64,000 bases of DNA. Source: an uncultured Chloroflexia bacterium. Lineage in GTDB: Bacteria; Chloroflexota; Anaerolineae; CG2-30-64-16. This document shows, one piece after another, positions 8,677 to 18,692 of this stretch. The notes beneath the pieces were generated by a model. That model searched no databases. It saw only the letters and a program-made list of their open reading frames with translations, and had not been told where the DNA came from. Location: contig CAWEMM010000012.1 in assembly GCA_963810095.1 (NCBI GenBank), positions 288,001-352,000 on the forward strand. The letters are read 5' to 3'. Every line of letters begins with the position of its first letter. Positions within the stretch are counted from its first letter, which is position 1. The position numbers were made by a program, and so were the translations under genes.

Positions 8677-11340
8677 ATGACGAATCCCTTCAATCCGTTC
8701 GATAAGGTGCTGGCCCCCGCCACCTCGGGCGCCGGCGAGAAGCGGCGCACAGCGAGCGCACGGGGCAACGGGGGTTGGCTGCTCATGGGGGATGACCCGG
8801 ACCGCACTGTGCGGGCGGGCCGGCGGCGGCGCACTGAGGGCGACCCGGCGCAGCGCGAGCGTGCTGAGGCGCCCGAGCGACACGATGCACCCCCGCCCTC
8901 TTCCGGCGGCGGCGGGGGCGGTGGGGGCGGCTGGCGCCCGACCGGGGGCGGCGGTGGGGGTGGGTTCAACCTGCCGGGCGGCACCCGCGGCGCGGCTGGC
9001 GGCGGGATGGGCCTGGTGATGCTCTGCGTGTTGATCGCGTTCTTCCTGCTGACGCGCGGCGGGGGCGGCGGCGGTAGCACGGATCAGCAAAGCGGCCAGG
9101 TAGGCCAGGAGCCGCTGCCCACCCAGAGCGCGGGCGGATTGCTGGGCCAATTGGCCGGCACCGAAGCCCCGCTGCCCACCCGCGCGCCCATTGCGACCGC
9201 CCGGGCAACGCGAACCCCGTCGAACGCGGGCGGCCAAGCGGGTGGTGGCCAGGCAAGCGGCGGTCAGTCGGACGCGGCCGCGGGCGTCACGCCGGGGCAA
9301 ACCTGGACCGTGATGCTCTACCAGGACGCGGACGACAAGATCCTCGAAGAGGACATCTTCATCGACTTCAACGAGGCCGAACGAGTCGGTTCGACGGACC
9401 GGGTCAAGGTGGTCGCCCAGATGGACCGCTATAAGGGCGGATTCAGCGGCGACGGCAACTGGACGAGCACCCGGCGCTACGAGCTGAGCCGCGATAGTGA
9501 CCTCAACCGGATTAAGTCGAAGCTCGTTTCCGAAGGCGAAGTAAATATGTCGTCGGGCGACACCCTGGCCGACTTCGTCACCTGGGCCGCGCAGACCTAC
9601 CCCGCCGACAAATACGTGCTGATCCTCTCGGACCACGGGATGGGCTGGCCGGGCGGGTGGTCGGACCCCGACCCCGGCCGCCAGGGACAGCAAGTCGACC
9701 GGCGGGTACCCCTGGAAGGGGCGATCGGCGACAACCTGTTCCTCAACGAGCTTGACGCAGCCCTGGCGAAGGCGCGGCAGCAGGCGGGTATCGACAAGTT
9801 CGAGCTGATCGGCCTGGACGCGTGCCTAATGGGCCACGTCGAGGTGATGGATGCGCTCGCGCCGCACGGCCGCTACGCCGTCTTCTCGCAGGAGACCGAG
9901 CCCTCGCTTGGCTGGGCCTACACCGCCTTCCTGAACAGCCTCGTGAAAAACCCCGACGTGGACGGCGCGGCGCTGGCCAAGGCCATCGTGCAGAGCTACA
10001 TCGACCAGGACCAGCGGGTAGTCGACGACCAGGCGCGCAACGACTGGATTGGCCGCGGCAACCCCGTCAACGGCGGCGCCAGCCTCCAGCAGGTACGCGG
10101 CGAGCTGAACCGCGATATCACGCTGACTGCCGTCGACCTGAGCAAGACCGGGGCGCTGATCCAGGGCCTCAACCAGCTCGCGTTTTCGATGCAGAATGTC
10201 GATCAGAGCGCAGTCGCGAAGGCCAGGCGCTACACGCAGTCGTTCACCTCGATCTTTGGTGATCAAGTGCCGCCTTCATACATCGACCTGGGCCACTTCC
10301 TCGTGCTGCTGACGCAGGCAACGAAGGACCAGGGCGTCGGCCAGGCGGCCCGGACGCTGGCGCAAGACCTGACGCAGGCAGTCATTGCCAAGAAGAGCGG
10401 GCAGAACAAACCGGGCGCGACGGGGCTGTCGATCTACTTCCCCGTCGGCCAGCTGTACCAATCCGCGGCAGCCGGGCCGCAATCGTACACGGCCATCGCC
10501 GACCGGTTCGCGAACGACTCATTGTGGGACGAGTACCTCGCGTTCCATTACGGCGGGCGGACGTTCCAGGAGGATGCTCAAGGGGTCGCGGCGCTGGCTG
10601 GGGGTGTGACGCGCGCGCCGGGCGCAGGCAAGATCACGCTGTCGCCGGTGCAGAAGGACAAGGCCCAAGTCGCCATTCGGGACAAGGTGCTGCTCAGCAC
10701 CAACGTCAGCGGGAACAACCTCGGCTATGTCTACTTCTTCACGGGTTACCTGGACAAGCAGAGCAACTCGATGTTCGTCATCGACCAGGACTACCTCGAG
10801 GCGCCGCAGACCAAAGAGGCGGGCGGCGTGTACTACCCCGACTGGGGCCAGGGCGACTTCAAGCTCGAGTTCGAGTGGGAGCCGCTGGCCTATGCAATCA
10901 ACGACGGTCAGACGCGGGCGCAGGCCGCCCTGATGCCCGAGAGCTACGGCCAGAACTACGAGGATACCGTCTATACGGTCGACGGCCTCTACACGTACCA
11001 GGACGGCGAGCAGCGCTATGCTCGGGCCTATTTCCGTGATGGGCTGCTGCGCAAGGTCATGGGGTTCAACCAGGCGCAGGGGGATCCGGGCGCGCCGTGG
11101 GAGATCACGGTAACGCCGGGCGACAAGTTCACGGTGTACGAGACGTGGCTGGAGCCGGATGGCCAGGGCGGGCTCAAGCGGGGCCAGCAGGAAGGGAAGA
11201 CGCTGACCTTCCAGAGCGACCAGCCGTTCAAGTGGGAGGAGCTGGACGCGGCCGCCGGGGATTACGTCGTGGGCTTCATCGCCGCCGACCTGGAAGGAAA
11301 CACGACTGCCGCGTACACCACCGTCACCGTGCTGCCGTAG
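8677..11340 (+). CDS. Membrane-anchored clostripain-family cysteine peptidase (C11)
   Basis: WTVMLYQDADD, catalytic His motif ILSDHGMGW, catalytic Cys motif GLDACLM, SQETEP and GLSIYFP. A Gly/Arg-rich N-terminus is followed by one TM helix. The start could be as early as 8608. Confidence 0.9.
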   Translation: MTNPFNPFDKVLAPATSGAGEKRRTASARGNGGWLLMGDDPDRTVRAGRRRRTEGDPAQRERAEAPERHDAPPPSSGGGGGGGGGWRPTGGGGGGGFNLPGGTRGAAGGGMGLVMLCVLIAFFLLTRGGGGGGSTDQQSGQVGQEPLPTQSAGGLLGQLAGTEAPLPTRAPIATARATRTPSNAGGQAGGGQASGGQSDAAAGVTPGQTWTVMLYQDADDKILEEDIFIDFNEAERVGSTDRVKVVAQMDRYKGGFSGDGNWTSTRRYELSRDSDLNRIKSKLVSEGEVNMSSGDTLADFVTWAAQTYPADKYVLILSDHGMGWPGGWSDPDPGRQGQQVDRRVPLEGAIGDNLFLNELDAALAKARQQAGIDKFELIGLDACLMGHVEVMDALAPHGRYAVFSQETEPSLGWAYTAFLNSLVKNPDVDGAALAKAIVQSYIDQDQRVVDDQARNDWIGRGNPVNGGASLQQVRGELNRDITLTAVDLSKTGALIQGLNQLAFSMQNVDQSAVAKARRYTQSFTSIFGDQVPPSYIDLGHFLVLLTQATKDQGVGQAARTLAQDLTQAVIAKKSGQNKPGATGLSIYFPVGQLYQSAAAGPQSYTAIADRFANDSLWDEYLAFHYGGRTFQEDAQGVAALAGGVTRAPGAGKITLSPVQKDKAQVAIRDKVLLSTNVSGNNLGYVYFFTGYLDKQSNSMFVIDQDYLEAPQTKEAGGVYYPDWGQGDFKLEFEWEPLAYAINDGQTRAQAALMPESYGQNYEDTVYTVDGLYTYQDGEQRYARAYFRDGLLRKVMGFNQAQGDPGAPWEITVTPGDKFTVYETWLEPDGQGGLKRGQQEGKTLTFQSDQPFKWEELDAAAGDYVVGFIAADLEGNTTAAYTTVTVLP

Positions 11341-11363
11341 CAACTATACAGCTCCAGTATGTT

Positions 11364-11390
11364 GTAGGGGCGACCAGTGATCGCCCCTAC
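11364..11390. repeat. GTAG-type REP palindrome
   Basis: GTAGGGGCGA-CCAGTGA-TCGCCCCTAC just after the peptidase stop. Confidence 0.75.
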
Positions 11391-11603
11391 TGCCCTCACG
11401 ACCCCCCTAGCCCCGCGTTGCTTCTTGCCTCACGCCTCGCGTCCCCTGCCAAGTTAGTATATAATGAGGTCGCTGCTCCCTTGTGCTGACTCTCCATGTC
11501 TGGCGCGCCCGCCCGCGGCCGCGCTCCAGGCCCACCGACTCCGTCCATGGAGACGTCGCAAAGCAGTACAAACTCATAGGGTTCTCCGTCAGGAGGCACC
11601 ATC

Positions 11604-13616
11604 ATGAAGCTCCTCTGTTTGCGGCTCATCACCCTGGCGACCCTGCTCATCCTGATCTTCCCGGCCAGCGCCTTCGCGGCCGGTCCGCAGCCGGAGCGAC
11701 CCACGCCGGCGCGCAGTCCGGCAGATCTCCCCGGCCGCGTGTTTCTCCCTGTAGTTCAGAACGACATCCCCCTCTTGGCCCCGATCGTGCCGGCGACGAC
11801 CAAAGTCCTCGACGCAACCACCGGCGAGCATCTCGCGGCCGTCTCACCCGATGGCGCGACCTTCACCTTCGATCAGAACACGCCCATATTGCAGGCCCTC
11901 GCTCCCGGCAACATCCTCGTCAGCGCGCCCGTGGCTGCTGCGCCAGACGGTTTTCTGCGCCGCGTGACGAGCATCGAGACGACGGGCGGCGCTGTGGTCG
12001 TACAGACCGAGCCCGCAACGCTGGAGGACGCCGTCGAGCAAGGCGAAGTGCGTCTGACCGAGGATTTGTCTGCTGCCGGGATGGCCCCCCGCGAGTTGGC
12101 GCCGGGGGTTGTGCTGCGGCCTTCCTCGACCACCGCTCCGCAGGCCGACTTCGTCGTCGATCTAAAGGATGTCGTTGTCGTCGACCTCGATGGCCTCCAA
12201 AGCACGACGGACGACCAGGTGCGGGCGAATGGCAGCATCCGCCTGAAGCCCAGTCTGAAGTTCAATCTGCGCATCCGGCGCTGGACGGTGGAAACACTGG
12301 AGTTGACGGCCGCGGCACGGGAGACCACCGACCTGAAGTTCGAAAGCAGGATGTCGGCAAGCTTCCTCAATACGGAGAAGCAGCTCGGCAACCCCATCCA
12401 TTTACACACAGACACGTTATGGATCGGCCCTGTGCCGGTCGTGTTGACGCTCGTGCTCACGTTCCAGGTGGGCAGCGAGGGGAGCGTGCACGTGGGCGTG
12501 TCCGCGGGCGTGCAGCAGGAACTGAACGCAACGTACGGCCTCAAGTACGCCAACCAGGCATGGAGCCCGGTGACCGACTTTTCGAACACCTATACCTACA
12601 CGCCGCCGACCATCGACGCGGGGCTGGATCTGAAAGGGTATGCGAGCGCCCGCCTGAGTGTGCTGGCCTACGGTCTGGCCGGCATGGACGCCGCGCTGGA
12701 GGCCTACCTGAAGCTGGAGGCGGACCCATGCGCCAACCCGTGGTGGCAGCTCTACGGCGGCTTGCGGGCGCCGGTCGGGGTGCGCGTCGACCTGTTCGGT
12801 TACAAAACCATCGTCAACAAAGAGCTGATTGCTATCGACAAGCGCATCTGGCTCGCAGCCGCAAGCGGCGGCCTGCTGAACTGCAATGCCGGGCTGGTGC
12901 CGGCCGGTCCCTTCAAAATGGGGTGCGACGCATCGCGCGATCCCTGGTGCTATCCTGAGTCAGATCAACTCCCCCTGCACACGGCGTACCTCGGCGCGTA
13001 CCGGATCGACGTGACGGAGGTAACAAATGCCCAGTTCGCGCTCTGCGTTGCGATGGGCAAATGTACGCCACCCTCCTCCACCTGGTCCGAGACGCACTCG
13101 TCGTATTACGGCAACCCCGCCTTCGCCGACTACCCGGTCATCTACGTGAACTGGCACCAGGCGGACGCGTACTGCCGCTGGGTCGGCAAGCGGCTGCCGA
13201 CCGAAGCCGAATGGGAGAAGGCGGCGCGCGGCTCTCGCGACACCCGCACCTACCCGTGGGGAGACGCCGCGCCGGACTGTTCTTACGCGGGCCACGCAAC
13301 GTACCCCAGTGGGCACTGCACCCCAGACACCAGCCCGGTGGGCAGCTTTCCGAAGGATGTCAGCCCGTACGGCGTGCAGGACATGGCGAGCAACGTGGTT
13401 GAATGGGTCAGCGACTGGTACAGTCCGACCTACTACAGCGTCTCACCGGGCGCGAACCCGGCCGGACCGGCAAGCGGCTACGAGAAGGTGCAGCGCGGCG
13501 GCGCCTGGAACACGCACGAGGTGTCGCTCCGGGTCGCCTATCGGGGACACGTGCTCCCCACCACGCTCGGCGCAAACGATCTCGGCTTCCGCTGCGCAGT
13601 CAGCGTCGCACCGTAG
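11604..13616 (+). CDS. Secreted protein with beta-rich N-terminal region and C-terminal FGE-sulfatase (SUMF1/CLec-fold) domain
   Basis: Signal peptide ending ASAFA. Motifs [56 protein letters not shown] and GFRC. Confidence 0.9.
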   Translation: MKLLCLRLITLATLLILIFPASAFAAGPQPERPTPARSPADLPGRVFLPVVQNDIPLLAPIVPATTKVLDATTGEHLAAVSPDGATFTFDQNTPILQALAPGNILVSAPVAAAPDGFLRRVTSIETTGGAVVVQTEPATLEDAVEQGEVRLTEDLSAAGMAPRELAPGVVLRPSSTTAPQADFVVDLKDVVVVDLDGLQSTTDDQVRANGSIRLKPSLKFNLRIRRWTVETLELTAAARETTDLKFESRMSASFLNTEKQLGNPIHLHTDTLWIGPVPVVLTLVLTFQVGSEGSVHVGVSAGVQQELNATYGLKYANQAWSPVTDFSNTYTYTPPTIDAGLDLKGYASARLSVLAYGLAGMDAALEAYLKLEADPCANPWWQLYGGLRAPVGVRVDLFGYKTIVNKELIAIDKRIWLAAASGGLLNCNAGLVPAGPFKMGCDASRDPWCYPESDQLPLHTAYLGAYRIDVTEVTNAQFALCVAMGKCTPPSSTWSETHSSYYGNPAFADYPVIYVNWHQADAYCRWVGKRLPTEAEWEKAARGSRDTRTYPWGDAAPDCSYAGHATYPSGHCTPDTSPVGSFPKDVSPYGVQDMASNVVEWVSDWYSPTYYSVSPGANPAGPASGYEKVQRGGAWNTHEVSLRVAYRGHVLPTTLGANDLGFRCAVSVAP

Positions 13617-13743
13617 GCGAAACCCCGGACGGCGGATGGGAGAGCGAGCGGTCTTCACGGCAGGACGGCTCGGGTCTGCGCTCCAAGACGCTGGCGTATC
13701 TTCGAAGCGGGTGTCGCTGCTGAGGCCCTGCGCATCTTTGGCG

Positions 13744-13749
13744 TATAAT
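13744..13749 (+). promoter_or_regulatory. Sigma70-type -10 box upstream of the mttB operon
   Basis: TATAAT in a GC-rich intergenic region, 70 nt before the ATG at 13820. Confidence 0.5.
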
Positions 13750-13819
13750 GAGGGTCGGTTTCTCCTTCCGCCGCTGGCGCTGCCCGGCGAACGCCTAACT
13801 TGCCGGAGGTCCCCGCCCC

Positions 13820-15310
13820 ATGCACACCGCTCGCTTCGAAGTACTCAGCGCGGACGAACTCGCGCGCATCCATGCTGCTTCGCTCGCCATTCTCGCGGAG
13901 GTCGGCATCAAGGTCGACTATCCGACTGCCCGGGCGATCTTTCGTGACGCGGGTGCGCACGTCGACGACGAAAAGCAGGTAGTGCGCCTGCCGGAAGCCC
14001 TGGTCATGCGAGCCGTCGCGTCCGCGCCCAAAAGCTTCGCGCTCCACGGCATTGATCCTGCAGTCCGCTATCTCGTCGGGCCCGAGCAAGGGGGGCCCCT
14101 CTTCGCCGGCCTCGGCACGCCGACCCGTATCGCAGACCTGGACACCGGCGTGGTACGGGAGGTGACCTCGCAGGACGTGCTCGAGCACATCGTCTTGATC
14201 GACGGGCTCGACCACATCCACAACTCACAGATGGACGTGTGGCCGGCCGACATTCCGATGACCACCATCCACGCCGAGGCCATCTGGACCTGGGCGCATC
14301 ACAGCCGCAAGTCGTTCGGCATGGGCTGCTACGGCTACCTGCCCACCTGGGACATGATGCGGCTTATGGCGATTGCGGTGGGCGGCAAGGCGGAGCTGCG
14401 CCAGAGGCCGCGCTTCCTCGCCATCTGCTCGGTCGTTAGCCCGCTTCAGATGGCCCAGCAGCAGGCCGAAGGGCTCCTGATCTGTGCCGAGTACGGGCAG
14501 CCGCTCGCGATGTCGCCGGAAGCGATCGCGGGTGCCACTGCACCTGCGACGCTGGCGGGGCTACTCGTCCAGGAGAATGCAGGCATCCTGGCCCATATCG
14601 TCCTTGCGCAGATCTACCGCCCCGGCACGCCTGTGCTTTACGGCACGGTGTCCACCATCGCCAACATGCGGCATGGGACCGTGGCCCTGGGCGCGGCCGA
14701 AACGGGCTTGATTACGGCCGCGTCGGCGCAACTGGCGCGCTTCTACGGCCTGCCCTGCCGCTCGGTCGGCGGGGTGACCGAGAGCAAGCTGCCCGACGTG
14801 CAGGCGGGCCTCGAGCGCATGCAGACCCTGTTGCCGGCAGTCCTGGCGGGCGTGAACCTGATCACGTGCGGCGGCACGCTCGACAGCACACTGCTGGAGC
14901 ACCACGCGCTGCTCGTGCTCGACGACGAGGCGGCGGGGTCCGCGCTGCGGCTGGCGCGGGGGATCGAGGTGAGCGACGAGACGCTGGCGTTGGACCTGAT
15001 CCGGCAGATTAACCACACGGGGAATTACCTGGCCGAGCCGCACACCGTGGCGCACTTCCGCCGCGAGCACTACCAGCCGAAGCTGTTCGTGCGCGATCCC
15101 TGGGACACTTGGGAGAAGAGCGGCTGCCGGACCGCCATCGACAACGCCCGTGCACGGGCAAAAGAGATCCTCGGAAAGCACACGCCCAGGTCCCTCGACC
15201 CGGCAGTGGAGGCGGAGTTGCTGAGGCTGCGCGAGGCCATTGCCGCCCGGTCGCTGGAGGAGTTCTACAGCTACGAACTGCCCGAGCTGCAGAACCTGGA
15301 GGCTATATGA
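13820..15310 (+). CDS. Trimethylamine methyltransferase (MttB) family protein, non-pyrrolysine type
   Basis: IHAASLAILAEVGI, SPLQ, GATAPATLAG, PGTPVLYG, FYGLPCRSVGGVTESKLPDVQAGLE and G-NYL-EPHT motifs. No in-frame TAG. Confidence 0.92.
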   Translation: MHTARFEVLSADELARIHAASLAILAEVGIKVDYPTARAIFRDAGAHVDDEKQVVRLPEALVMRAVASAPKSFALHGIDPAVRYLVGPEQGGPLFAGLGTPTRIADLDTGVVREVTSQDVLEHIVLIDGLDHIHNSQMDVWPADIPMTTIHAEAIWTWAHHSRKSFGMGCYGYLPTWDMMRLMAIAVGGKAELRQRPRFLAICSVVSPLQMAQQQAEGLLICAEYGQPLAMSPEAIAGATAPATLAGLLVQENAGILAHIVLAQIYRPGTPVLYGTVSTIANMRHGTVALGAAETGLITAASAQLARFYGLPCRSVGGVTESKLPDVQAGLERMQTLLPAVLAGVNLITCGGTLDSTLLEHHALLVLDDEAAGSALRLARGIEVSDETLALDLIRQINHTGNYLAEPHTVAHFRREHYQPKLFVRDPWDTWEKSGCRTAIDNARARAKEILGKHTPRSLDPAVEAELLRLREAIAARSLEEFYSYELPELQNLEAI

Positions 15311-16704
15311 CGCAGGCGACCCTGACGCCCGGGCAGCCCGTTCAGCGGAAAGCGGCTCCTTCCGCAGCCCTGCCGCGGCGACTGAAGCTGCTCTTCTCCA
15401 CGGGCGACCTCTCGACGAGCATCCCGCTCGCGATCCTGATGTTCTTCCAGCTCTTCTTCCTCACGGACGTCGCCCGGCTGCAGCCCGCGCTGGCCGCCTG
15501 GGCGATCGGCCTGCCGCGCATCTGGGATGCTATCAACGACCCCCTGATCGGCCTCATTTCCGACCGCATCCGCTCGCGCTGGGGCCGCCGGAGGGTGATG
15601 CTGTTGTTCGGCGCGGTCCCGCTCGGGCTGACCTTCATGGCGATGTGGTTCGTGCCGCCGTTCTCGCAGGCGGGCCTGGCCGTCTACTATGCGATCGTCT
15701 TCCTCCTCTTCGACACGGCATTCACGGTCGTCCACGTCGGATACAACGCTTTGACGCCCGAACTCACCAGCGACTATGACGAGCGTTCCTCGCTCAACGG
15801 CTACCGCATGGTCTTCTCCATCGCAGGCACCCTCGGCACGATCATTCTCGCAACCGTGCTTGGCTGGGTTATCGCCGACAAGCGGACCCTATTCGCCATC
15901 CTGGGCGTGACGCTGGGGTTCTTCTCCATGATCCCACCCCTGGTCGTGTTCCGAGTGACGCACGAGAAGCCGGCCGAGGAACTGCCGCCCCCGCTGCCGT
16001 GGGGCCAGGCGATCAAGGCGACGCTTGCCAATCGCCCGTTCCGGCTCGTGATGGGCCTGTATCTGCTCAGTTGGACGACCGCGAGCATCCTGGCCGCGGT
16101 CCTGATCTACTACGCATCCTACCGGCTTCGAGTGCCCGAGCAGGCCAACTACTTCGTCCTCGTGGCGCAGGGCATGGCGATCGTGTTCATCCCGCTCACC
16201 GTGTGGCTGGCGCGGCGGCTGGACAAACGCCGGGCGTTCATCATTGGATGCATCTCGTGGGTATTTGCGCTGCTGGGGATTGCGGCGCTCGGACCCGACC
16301 AGGTCAGCCTGGCCTACGCGCTGGCCGCGCTGTCGGGCTTCGGCATTGCGACGGCTTACGTGATCCCCTGGGCGATGGTGCCAGACGTGGTGGAGGTCGA
16401 CGAAGCGGAGACGGGCCAGCGCCGAGAAGGTTCGTACTACTCGTTTGCCTCCTTCTTTCAGAAGCTCGCCACGGCCGCCGCGCTGTGGGGACTAGGGCAA
16501 GGGCTCGCACTGTCGGGCTACATCACGCCTTCGGCCGGCAATGCGACGCCCATCCAGCCCCCGGTTGCGATCGCGGCGATCCGCCTCTTCACCGGCCCGA
16601 TTCCGGTCGTGCTGCTGCTGCTCGCAATCGTCTTCGCCTGGCGCTACCCGATCACCCGCGAGAGCCACGCCGCGCTCGTCGAGAAACTCGCATCCCGTGA
16701 CTGA
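15307..16704 (+). CDS. MFS transporter, glycoside-pentoside-hexuronide (MelB-like) family
   Basis: RIWDAINDPLIGLISDR, YNALTPELTSDYDERSSL and WAMVPDVVE...RREGSY. ATGA overlap with the mttB stop. Confidence 0.92.
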   Translation: MTQATLTPGQPVQRKAAPSAALPRRLKLLFSTGDLSTSIPLAILMFFQLFFLTDVARLQPALAAWAIGLPRIWDAINDPLIGLISDRIRSRWGRRRVMLLFGAVPLGLTFMAMWFVPPFSQAGLAVYYAIVFLLFDTAFTVVHVGYNALTPELTSDYDERSSLNGYRMVFSIAGTLGTIILATVLGWVIADKRTLFAILGVTLGFFSMIPPLVVFRVTHEKPAEELPPPLPWGQAIKATLANRPFRLVMGLYLLSWTTASILAAVLIYYASYRLRVPEQANYFVLVAQGMAIVFIPLTVWLARRLDKRRAFIIGCISWVFALLGIAALGPDQVSLAYALAALSGFGIATAYVIPWAMVPDVVEVDEAETGQRREGSYYSFASFFQKLATAAALWGLGQGLALSGYITPSAGNATPIQPPVAIAAIRLFTGPIPVVLLLLAIVFAWRYPITRESHAALVEKLASRD

Positions 16705-17953
16705 CTTCGAGACCCTGGCCGTCCACGCGGGCGAGGAAGCCGACCCATCGACCGGCGCCCTCCGCCTGCCGCTCCACATGGCGACCACGTTCAAGCTGCC
16801 GCCGTTCGGCGGGCGGCTGTTCGAGGCACTGACGCTGTCCTCGCCAGGCGCGCCCCACGCCTACACCCGCTGGAGCAACCCGACGGTGCGCGGCCTGGAG
16901 GAACGGCTCGCGGCGCTCGAAGGGACGGAGGGGGCGCTCGTCACCGCGACGGGCATGGCGGCAATCTCGGCGCTGGCCTTCACCCTTCTGTCGGCTGGCG
17001 ATCACCTGGTCGCATCGGAAGTCTGCTACGCGGGCGCGGTCGAGCTGTTCGGCCTGCACCTGCCGCGCTTCGGCATCGAGGTCAGCCTGGTTGACACGTC
17101 TGATGTGGAGCAAGTGGCGGCCGCGCTGCGCCCGAACACCAAACTGGTCTACGTGGAGACGCCCGCCAATCCGATCCTGCGGATCGCGGACATCGCGGCG
17201 CTCGCACAGGTCAGCCATGCACGGGGCATTCCCTTGGCCGTCGACTCGACGTGGGCCGGCCCAGTCCTGCAGCACCCTGCCGGACTCGGCGCCGATTATG
17301 TCATCCACTCCCTCACCAAGTACCTGAACGGGCACGGCGACGCGCTGGGCGGCGCGATCTGCGGCCGCAGTGCGGCCCTCCACAAGATCCGGCAGGACGC
17401 GTTGGTGCACCTGGGCGGTGCGGCGAGCCCGTTCAACGCGTGGCTGATCCTGCGCGGGCTGGCGACGCTGCCCTTGCGAATGGCGCAGCACTCGGCCGGC
17501 GCGCTGCAAGTCGCCGAGTTTTTGACGGCGCACCCTGCGGTCAAGCGGGTGTGCTACCCCGGCCTCACCTCGCATCCACACCACGAGCTGGCTGCACGCC
17601 AGATGAGCGCGGGCGGTGGTATGATTACGTTCGAGCTGAGCGGCGGGCTGGGCGCGGCGATCACCTTGGCCGAGCGGATCAAGCTCTGGTCCTATGCCAC
17701 GTCGCTGGGCCACGCACACAGCCTGCTCTTCTATTATCCCACCGACCTGTACGTCGACGCGGCGCCCTATCTGTCGACCGCTCAAAAGGCGCGCATCCGC
17801 GAATGGACCGGCGACGGGATCGTGCGGGCCAGCGTCGGGCTGGAGTCGCCGCGCGACCTGATTGCCGACCTGGACCAGGCGCTGCGCGGCCGGTCGTTCA
17901 AAGGTTGGGTCGGACCGCTCGCCTACCGGCTTGCGGCCCGGCGGTCAAAATAA
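16697..17953 (+). CDS. Cys/Met metabolism PLP-dependent lyase/synthase (methionine gamma-lyase/cystathionine gamma-synthase family)
   Basis: FETLAVHAG, YTRWSNPT, TGMAAIS, ETPANP, HSLTKYLNGHGD (PLP Lys), TSLG and RASVGLE. GTG start overlaps the MFS end. Confidence 0.92.
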   Translation: MTDFETLAVHAGEEADPSTGALRLPLHMATTFKLPPFGGRLFEALTLSSPGAPHAYTRWSNPTVRGLEERLAALEGTEGALVTATGMAAISALAFTLLSAGDHLVASEVCYAGAVELFGLHLPRFGIEVSLVDTSDVEQVAAALRPNTKLVYVETPANPILRIADIAALAQVSHARGIPLAVDSTWAGPVLQHPAGLGADYVIHSLTKYLNGHGDALGGAICGRSAALHKIRQDALVHLGGAASPFNAWLILRGLATLPLRMAQHSAGALQVAEFLTAHPAVKRVCYPGLTSHPHHELAARQMSAGGGMITFELSGGLGAAITLAERIKLWSYATSLGHAHSLLFYYPTDLYVDAAPYLSTAQKARIREWTGDGIVRASVGLESPRDLIADLDQALRGRSFKGWVGPLAYRLAARRSK

Positions 17954-17976
17954 CGCGGACGCCCAAAGGAGGTCTG

Positions 17977-18692
17977 ATGAGCGTACGGTACGCATTCCTG
18001 CTGCTGGAAGAGCACCCGTGGGGCGCGAGCTGCTGCGCGCACTGCTCGAACGCGGGTACGAGCCTGACCTGATCCTCCAGGAAGTCTCGGAGGTGGCGGG
18101 CATCGAGCGCGAGAAGTTCCTGGCGCGCATGGCAGGCCAGTGCCTCGCTCCCCGCGTCGCCGAGCAGGTCCGCGAGCGGGTCATCCCGGTCTGGTACGTG
18201 AGCAACCACAACAACGACTTCTGCGGCGAGCTGCTGGCGGCCGACCCGCCCGACCTGCTCGTGCTGGGCGGCACGCGCATTCTGCGCGAGACAATCCTCG
18301 ACGTGCCGCTCATCGCCACCGTCAACGCACATCCCGGCCTGCTGCCAACCCTGCGCGGCTCATCCTCGGTGGGCTGGGCGCTGTACAAGGACCTCCCTCA
18401 GGGTGCGACCACGCACTTCGTCGACACCCATATCGACGAGGGCGATGTCATCCTGCGGCAAGCGCTGCCCGTGCAGCGCGGCGACACCTATGAAAGCATC
18501 AACGGGCGCATTGCGCGGCTGGCCGGTGAGCTGATGGCCGACACCCTGGCCTACTTCGAGCGCGGCGCAGTGCCGCGCACACCCCAGGACCGGACGGAAG
18601 GCGAGACGTTCACCGTCATTCCGGAAGACCTGCTGGCTGAAGGGAAGCGGCGCCTGGCGGATGGAACCTACTCGCACTTTGCCGAGCAGTAG
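17977..18692 (+). CDS. N10-formyl-THF-dependent formyltransferase domain protein (Formyl_trans_N), frameshift near 18020
   Basis: AAGGAGG RBS, then MSVRYAFLLLEEHPWG continuing in another frame as RELLRALLE. Motifs VNAHPGLLP-LRG and TTHFVDTHIDEGDVI. Confidence 0.85.

Noticed and set aside
13480-13616. DGR variable region in the FGE domain
   Set aside because: No reverse transcriptase or template repeat is visible in the window.
13820-15310. Pyrrolysine-containing MttB
   Set aside because: The ORF is open with no in-frame TAG; the equivalent region reads SVGGVTESK.
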